Assembly: GCA_027320085.1 (NCBI GenBank)
Contig: DAHVLZ010000013.1
Span: 1 to 13,342, forward strand
DNA from: Pseudomonadota bacterium
GTDB taxonomy: Bacteria > Pseudomonadota > Gammaproteobacteria > JAKAQQ01
Reading direction: 5' to 3'
DNA: 13,342 bases
Made by a program: the position numbers and the translations under genes
Notes under the pieces: model-generated
What the model was told of the DNA's origin: nothing
Database searches by the model: none
Seen by the model: the letters and a program-made list of their open reading frames with translations, nothing else
Shown here: positions 9,101-13,342 of the stretch, piece by piece
Layout: every line of letters begins with the position of its first letter
How positions within the stretch are numbered: the stretch's first letter is position 1

Positions 9101-9484
9101 TTGGGTGAACCGTTCACGGCGACCTCGATGATCGGCGTGATCGCCCTGGCAGGCGTCGTGGTCCGGAACTCCCTCCTGCTGATCGACTTCATTCTCGAGC
9201 ACCGGGCCCGGGGACTGCCGCTCGAGACCGCCGTGCTCGAAGCGGGGGCCGTCCGGCTCCGGCCCATCCTGCTCACGGCACTCGCCATCATGCTGGGTTC
9301 GGCCATCATGCTCGAGGATCCCGTCTTCGGCGGGCTGGCCCTCTCCCTCATCTTCGGTGCCCTGGCCTCGACCGTCCTCACCCTGTTCGTCATTCCGCTC
9401 ACCTATTACCTCTGGCAGTCCCGCCGGGAAAGCCGTCACCCCCACCACTCCACGATTGTCCGCCGGACAGGAGTCCCGTCATGA
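6161..9484 (+). CDS. RND efflux permease, AcrB/AcrD/AcrF family (1107 aa)
   Basis: Two-fold topology (TM1, large periplasmic domain, 5 TMs, repeated). TM4 GLLVDDSIVVIENI (Asp-Asp at 7418-7423), TM10 AGVVVRNSLLLIDF, and RLRPILLTALA. The start overlaps the adaptor stop (ATGCGTGA). Confidence 0.96.
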   Translation: MRENARPLNPAGRLARTFLHSKLTPLLILAATLFGLLAILETPRTYNPSIEVPVVNLTVIRPSSTPRAMLEQVVRPLEALMASLPGVAHTYGMARAGVATVTVRFRVGANQEKSLVKVYNQIQSNLNRLPPGTRPPLIQSLSLYDVPILTLTLSARHLDAEALRVVAEHVLAPLRSIPGVGKTWIAGAPAPAMRVWLNPLRLAADRLTPTAVAEALAAANVTRPAGSLLVGGRRMPLRVSAGVGNAKAVGAIVLALRHHRPVFLRDVARIAPGPANEAVRSTIGFGPASAHRGRPPETAVTLAIARQRGTDGVRVADAVLSRLHRVEQWALPAGVHVTITRNDGQTANNAVDTLIEHLGLSILAVVAILIVFLGWREASIVALSIPLILFVVLGVGWIAGQSINRITLFALILSLGLLVDDSIVVIENIHRHLHDRREGNFGRLIVTAADEIGRPTIMATFTVIVALVPMAFVGGMMGPFMAPIPFNAPIAMLTSLLMAYTVVPFVAYRWLKTRKPKILAEAAMPTLEERGKASRDRLHRLYLRLFRPLLESPGRRRWLGAGVTALLLLALLQPLWQFIRPQGMNGPLSPFGVALKMLPNDNVNTLLLAVDLPAGTPLVETERVTDEVARILRHNRNVRNEQSFVGEAAPEDFASLVRGDAFRRGRNFAEIRVNLLAKSRRSIGSNGIAREIERALAPLRQGDPEARIKILETPPGPPVRSQMMAALYGPSYRELRTLATRLLAQDYPRIYGMINEDDSVGHEHDQYRLRIRRLAAAQDGLSARDLARQVTAYFKGVVAGSLDDPRARRPIPLVLRLPRSDRIGTGPLQGLLLVNPEGRRIALTSVARIERGPAPRPFYTRDQHPVVYLTGHMLRSSPVDGVLSLTRWLEGLKLPDGQHLHVGNLGFSPSHPRVGRYDLFWQGEMRLTLNVFRDLGSAFLVAIVLIYILLVGYYRSFFLPLIVMGAIPLTLIGVFPGHWLLGEPFTATSMIGVIALAGVVVRNSLLLIDFILEHRARGLPLETAVLEAGAVRLRPILLTALAIMLGSAIMLEDPVFGGLALSLIFGALASTVLTLFVIPLTYYLWQSRRESRHPHHSTIVRRTGVPS

Positions 9485-9699
9485 CCACTGAACGTCTCGT
9501 CCGCATTTTTGCCGGTCTTTTCGTGCTCGCGAGCCTCGCCCTGGGCGTCCGGGCCAGCCCGATCTTCGTGAGCCGGGATTTCCTCTGGCTCACGGCCTTC
9601 GTCGGGTTCAACCTCTTCCAGAGCGGATTCACCCGCTTCTGCCCGCTCGAGATCGTTCTCAAGAAGGCGGGCGTGCCAACCGCTGAACCCCCTCCCTGA
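9481..9699 (+). CDS. DUF2892 / YgaP-type two-helix small membrane protein (72 aa)
   Basis: Family pattern ER.VR..AG..VL.SL.L ... WLTAFVG.NL.QSGFT.FCP...LKK.G. ATGA overlap with the RND stop and a GGAG SD upstream. Confidence 0.88.
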   Translation: MTTERLVRIFAGLFVLASLALGVRASPIFVSRDFLWLTAFVGFNLFQSGFTRFCPLEIVLKKAGVPTAEPPP

Positions 9700-9712
9700 C
9701 CGGAGAACTGCC

Positions 9713-10366
9713 ATGTCCAAGCCTCATCGTTCCCGGGGCACGGGGGAACCATCGCCTCGTCAAGGGACCATGCGCTTTTGGGATCAGCGTTACGCCGAGC
9801 CGGGCTACGCCTACGGAACCCGTCCCAATGATTTCCTGGCGGCGGTGGTCGACCGCCTGCCCCGGGGACGGGTTCTGTCACTGGCCGAAGGCGAGGGACG
9901 CAACGGTCTCTTTCTGGCCTCGCGGGGATTCGACGTGACCGGCATCGACCAGTCGGCCGTGGGTCTCGAAAAGGCCCGGGCACAGGCCCTTGACCGGGGA
10001 CTGATGCTGAGGACCCTCACGGCGGATCTCGCCGATTACCGGATCGAGCCCGACCGCTGGGAGGTCATCGTGTCGATCTTCTGCCATCTGCCTTCCACGA
10101 TCCGCCGGCGTCTCAACCGTGAGGCCGCAACCGGTCTCGTGACGGGAGGGGCCCTGGTCCTCGAAGCCTATACTCCCGAGCAGATCGGACGGGGTACGGG
10201 CGGCCCGGCGGATCCCGATCTCACCCCGACCCTCGAGGAACTCCGATCCGATCTCGCCGGGCTCTCCTTCGAGATCGCGCAGGAGACAGAACGCGAGGTC
10301 CGGGAAGGTCGCTTCCACACCGGCCGGGGTGCGGTCGTCCAGATCTTGGCCTTCCGCACCCCCTGA
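9713..10366 (+). CDS. Class I SAM-dependent methyltransferase (TehB/TPMT-like group, 217 aa)
   Basis: FWDQRY....YAYGT.PNDFL, motif I variant VLSLAEGEGRN..FLA..G.DVTGIDQS..GL.KA, IVSIFCHLP, LEAYTP.Q...GTGGP and EG.FH.G..AVVQ. GGAG SD upstream, 13 nt after the DUF2892 stop. Confidence 0.9.
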   Translation: MSKPHRSRGTGEPSPRQGTMRFWDQRYAEPGYAYGTRPNDFLAAVVDRLPRGRVLSLAEGEGRNGLFLASRGFDVTGIDQSAVGLEKARAQALDRGLMLRTLTADLADYRIEPDRWEVIVSIFCHLPSTIRRRLNREAATGLVTGGALVLEAYTPEQIGRGTGGPADPDLTPTLEELRSDLAGLSFEIAQETEREVREGRFHTGRGAVVQILAFRTP

Positions 10367-10434
10367 ATCAGGGTGATCCCGGCCCCGATCCGGGTGGTTT
10401 ATCATGGGACCTGCTCCAGCCTGGGAGGCCCGAG

Positions 10435-10635
10435 ATGAAACGCAAGCTGCTCAAGAACGTCCGGGGAGAGACGCTCGGTTATCTGGACACGGAGGAGGAT
10501 GGCCGCCGGTCCGCGAAGGATGTCCGCGGCAAGCTCGTCGGCCGCTACGACCCCCGGACCGACCTCACCTACAACGAAAAGGGCGAGACCGAGACCCACG
10601 GCGATTCCCTGAGTTCCCTGCTCTCCAGGGACTGA
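10435..10635 (+). CDS. Small hypothetical protein with three internal beta-hairpin-like repeats (66 aa)
   Basis: Strong GGGAGG SD upstream and GC3-rich codons. Repeats KNVRGETLGYLD, KDVRGKLVGRYD and YNEKGETETHGD, then a short LSSLL helix. Confidence 0.75.
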   Translation: MKRKLLKNVRGETLGYLDTEEDGRRSAKDVRGKLVGRYDPRTDLTYNEKGETETHGDSLSSLLSRD

Positions 10636-10639
10636 AAGC

Positions 10640-10658
10640 CCGGGGGAATCGCCCCCGG
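10640..10658 (+). terminator. GC hairpin after the 66-aa gene (possible terminator)
   Basis: CCGGGGG-aatcg-CCCCCGG, a 7-bp stem starting 5 nt after the stop codon. There is no adjacent U-tract, so function is uncertain. Confidence 0.35.
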
Positions 10659-11079
10659 CGACCCCCGCCTTTCGCCCTCTGGCCGTCCAAGGCGGCGCCC
10701 GCCCGTGCACTCCACGAGCGCGCGCCTGCCACGACCAGCCTCACGCGAGGCCGACCCTGGGTACTTCCGCTCGCCCTGCCAGCTCGACTCGGGGAATTCG
10801 TTCTCGCCCGGCCAAAGTGTCCTCCGCTGTCCGGCGATGTCCCGCCGGACCGAAGATGCCGGATCTTCACGACATCATGGCTCACCTCGCCGATGCCATC
10901 GCTTTCGTACGCGTCAGCCAGCCATCGCCCCGTCACCGCATGCCAAGCACGGACCGCGCCGAATGGCATTGTTTCGGGTTGGATCTGTTCCCTGTGACGC
11001 CCGCCTCGTCACCCTCGACTGGGTCGAGGTGGTCAGCGAGCGATTCTTTTGCGACCCGGTCGGTACGGCCGAACGCTCT

Positions 11080-11394
11080 TCACGGCCGCGAGACCGCCGT
11101 GCTTATTGCAGGCGATGAACGTAGCCGTGTTGACCGCAGCATCGTCTGCGGTGTGTGGAGAGCGATTCCCGTTTGGGCAGCGGCGCGTCTTCGCAGTGCT
11201 GTCGTGAAACCCTTTCTGGCGTACAAAACGAACTGTCGTTGGTCGACCCCGCGACCGTACTGGGTCTGAGAGGCGCGTTGGATGAGCTCATCAAGGACGT
11301 TCTCGCCAACAGGGGTGTTCCACCACTTGCATTCACCATAGAGGACCGATCCGTCGAGAAGCGTGCCCGCGATGTCGATATCGTAATCGGGCCG
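11080..11394 (-). pseudogene. 5'-truncated remnant resembling the C-terminal DUF234-type PD-(D/E)XK nuclease domain of an ATP-binding protein
   Basis: Manual translation (not in the ORF track): RPDYDIDIAGTLLDGSVLYGECKWWNTPVGENVLDELIQRASQTQYGRGVDQRQFVLYARKGFTTALRRRAAAQTGIALHTPQTML...RP*, TGA at 11082-11080. The D-I-D / G-E-C-K-W / LY.RKGFT pattern is present. No in-frame ATG/GTG/TTG lies between the upstream in-frame stop (11688-11686) and the domain. Confidence 0.72.
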
Positions 11395-11521
11395 CTCAAC
11401 CCCACCCTGTGCTCTCCTGTCAATGGACAGCTCAGGACGCGGCGGGCCTGGATTTGCGCGGTTCCCGGGGGTTTCGACGTCGTTGACCTTGTTGGGTCGT
11501 CGCAGAACAGCGTTCTGGAGG

Positions 11522-13180
11522 CTAGGGAAGGGGACAGATCGGGGCCGGCCGGACGGTGGACGGGGGCGGCGGATCGCCGTCGAGATCGGCTTGGGTGGGC
11601 AAGACCGGGATGAGGGGTGTCCGCGTGAGAAAATGCGGGCGGATCCGCTCGCGGGTGGCTTCCTCGAAATCGTAGGCGATTCCGATCAGGGTGGGCTCGG
11701 ACCACTTCCCGGAAAAAAATGTGACCCCGACCGGGAGACCATGCACATTCCCGGCGGGCACCGTGAGGGACGGATACCCGGCCACGGCGGCCGGACTGTC
11801 TCCTCCAGCGGTACCATGATCCCCGTCAACCCGATCCGTGGTCCAGGCCGGTCCCTCCGCCGGGGCCATGAGCGCTTGGAGATGATGGGCCCGGAGTGCG
11901 GCATCGATGCCCAAGGGTCCGGTCAGTGATTTGGCCTGTTTGAGGGCGCGACGGTAGGCCGGGCTCGAAAGCGGACCCATGCGCTCGGCGCGGAGGAACC
12001 GGCCCTGCCCGAACCAGGGCATTTCCTGGCGGGCATGCGAGCGGTCGAAGGCGATCAGCTGGGCCAGGTTGTGAACGGGAAGCCCGTGCCGGCGGGCCAG
12101 ATAGTCATTCAAATCATGCTTGAACTCGTAGAGCAGGGTCGTCAATTCATACTTGCCGTAGCGGTGGAGGTTGGGGAGCCGGACCGGGATGACCGTGGCC
12201 CCCCGGCTCCGCAGTGCGGCCACGCTGTCATCGAGGATCCGGCGCACCGCGGGACTGGATCCCAGAAGACCGCAGACCACGCCGATCCGCTTGCCCCGGA
12301 GCTGTCCCCGTTGGAGATAGCGGGTGTAGTCGGTCGCATGGCGGTCGGCATCGGCCGTCCAGGGGTCCCGCGGATCGGAACCGGCGATCACGGTGAGGAC
12401 AGCGGCCGCGTCCGCCACGCTGCGGGCCATGGGACCGGGGTCATCCTGGCTGTGCGCGATCGGGACGATGCCGGCACGGCTTACGAGCCCCAGGGTCGGC
12501 TTGATGTCGACGATGCCGTTGACCGAGGCCGGGCAGGTCAGCGAGCCGTCGGTCTCGGTACCGATGGCTACCGGCACCAGCCCGGCCGCAACGGCCACGG
12601 CCGAGCCTGAACTCGATCCGCAGGCGTTGCGCGAGAGGACATAGGGATTTCGTGTGAGCCCACCCACCGCACTCCATCCGCTCGTCGAGTGGTTGGAACG
12701 GAAGTTGGCCCACTCGCTGAGGTTGGTTTTCCCGAGAATGATGGCGCCGGCCCGTTCCAGCCGGTCCACGATCGTGGCATTGCGGGCGGGCGGTGGCCCT
12801 TCGAGCGCCAGCGATCCGGCCGTGGTCGCCATTGAGCGGGTGTCGATGTTGTCCTTGAGGAGCACGGGGATCCCGAAGAGGAGGCCATGGCCCCGTCCGG
12901 CCCGGAGCGCCGCCTCCCGTTCGCGGGCGATCGCGAGCGCCCTGGGGTTGAGCACGATGACCGCGTTCAGCCGGGGCCCCTCATGGTTCAGAAGCCGGAT
13001 CCGTTCGATGAAATCCCGGACGAGCGCGACATCGGTGATCGCCCCTGACCGGAGTTCCCGGTGGAGCGTCGCGATCGACTGGAAATAGGGGGTGACCGGT
13101 CCCCTGAGCGGTACCGCGCCGGCACCCGCCCCCGCAGACAGGAGGAAGGAAAACGCGAACAGGATGCCAGTTCTCTTCAT
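11522..13180 (-). CDS. Secreted amidase-signature family enzyme (peptide amidase Pam-like, about 552 aa)
   Basis: Signal peptide MKRTGILFAFSFLLSAGAGA. Motifs L.GIPVLLKDNI (catalytic Lys), GKTNLSEWANFRS, CGSSSGSAVAVAAG, IGTETDGS (Ser-cisSer-Lys triad) and PAAVAGYPSLTVPAG. ATG 13180 has an AGGAG SD 5 nt upstream. Confidence 0.95.
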   Translation of the reverse strand: MKRTGILFAFSFLLSAGAGAGAVPLRGPVTPYFQSIATLHRELRSGAITDVALVRDFIERIRLLNHEGPRLNAVIVLNPRALAIAREREAALRAGRGHGLLFGIPVLLKDNIDTRSMATTAGSLALEGPPPARNATIVDRLERAGAIILGKTNLSEWANFRSNHSTSGWSAVGGLTRNPYVLSRNACGSSSGSAVAVAAGLVPVAIGTETDGSLTCPASVNGIVDIKPTLGLVSRAGIVPIAHSQDDPGPMARSVADAAAVLTVIAGSDPRDPWTADADRHATDYTRYLQRGQLRGKRIGVVCGLLGSSPAVRRILDDSVAALRSRGATVIPVRLPNLHRYGKYELTTLLYEFKHDLNDYLARRHGLPVHNLAQLIAFDRSHARQEMPWFGQGRFLRAERMGPLSSPAYRRALKQAKSLTGPLGIDAALRAHHLQALMAPAEGPAWTTDRVDGDHGTAGGDSPAAVAGYPSLTVPAGNVHGLPVGVTFFSGKWSEPTLIGIAYDFEEATRERIRPHFLTRTPLIPVLPTQADLDGDPPPPSTVRPAPICPLP

Positions 13181-13260
13181 AGCCACTCCTGGATCAGGTC
13201 AGGAGGAAGGGTAGCCTCCCCCATGGGCACAAGGGGTCGCGGACGACCCCGCTCCGGCCC

Positions 13261-13289
13261 ATCAAAGCACGACATCACCGGCCCGTCAA
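13261..13289 (-). promoter_or_regulatory. Possible sigma70 promoter for the amidase
   Basis: TTGACG (13289-13284)-17-TTTGAT (13266-13261), with a TGn extension. The -10 lacks the conserved second-position A. Confidence 0.25.
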
Positions 13290-13342
13290 TCCTGCGATTC
13301 CGGGGGAGGGTCTCCGCTTGAGGCGAGAACGGAGATTTACGG

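Noticed and set aside
6083-9448. 1121-aa antisense ORF opposite the RND permease
   Set aside because: In-register shadow of a GC3-rich gene, which suppresses antisense stops. No recognisable motifs, while the sense strand is a clear RND.
3659-9484. Labelling the pump as czcCBA/cusCBA or acrAB-tolC
   Set aside because: TM4 has Asp-Asp, unlike HME pumps; TM10 differs from AcrB; and no metal chaperone or two-component system is present. Orthology cannot be supported, so no gene symbols are given.
10361-10373. Palindrome CCCTGA-A-TCAGGG over the methyltransferase stop codon
   Set aside because: A one-base loop cannot form a terminator hairpin, there is no U-tract, and it is short enough to be chance.
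19-10751. 13-bp direct repeat CCTCACGCGAGGC at 19-31 and 10739-10751 as possible island att sites
   Set aside because: A rough estimate gives several chance 13-mer matches in 13 kb at this GC content. No integrase or tRNA is present.
11444-11485. GGGGGTTTCGACG resembling a tmRNA or tRNA end
   Set aside because: Spacing does not match a tmRNA 5' end, and there is no cloverleaf, acceptor stem or CCA end.
11155-11613. 152-aa plus-strand ORF and overlapping 11103-11705 minus-strand ORF
   Set aside because: Better explained as antisense and off-frame shadows of the DUF234-like fragment and the amidase 3' end.
11522-13180. Amidase as gatA
   Set aside because: It has a signal peptide and the NLSEWANFRS motif of Pam-like amidases, and there is no adjacent gatB downstream.
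221-13321. Numerous overlapping alternative-frame ORFs (e.g. 958-1665, 1490-2155, 4193-4951, 5571-6230, 9399-9983, 12035-12610)
   Set aside because: Pro/Arg/Gly-rich low-information translations typical of off-frame GC-rich DNA, overlapping well-supported genes.
1-13342. CRISPR arrays, rRNA/tRNA genes, transposases or integrases
   Set aside because: No regularly spaced repeats, structural RNA signatures or recombinase motifs were seen.

Overview
GC-rich (visually about 65-70%) Gram-negative, probably proteobacterial, window. The core is an apparent sulfur-responsive locus. An ArsR-rhodanese fusion regulator (-) is divergent from a translationally coupled operon (+): TolC-family OMF, RND adaptor lipoprotein, AcrB-family RND permease, DUF2892/YgaP-type small membrane protein and a class I SAM methyltransferase. 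The AT-rich spacer holds a near-consensus sigma70 promoter (TTGACA-17-TATATT) overlapped by an inverted repeat. To the left are a stand-alone 4Fe-4S-type APS reductase (cysH), a second SAM methyltransferase and an uncharacterised outer-membrane beta-barrel. To the right are a 66-aa repeat protein, a start-less lower-GC fragment resembling the DUF234-type PD-(D/E)XK nuclease domain (not in the ORF track) and a secreted amidase-signature enzyme. Main hypothesis (inference): an RND pump for reactive/sulfane sulfur or related chalcogen species, controlled by a persulfide-sensing regulator. All family assignments are from motif recognition by eye; no searches were run.
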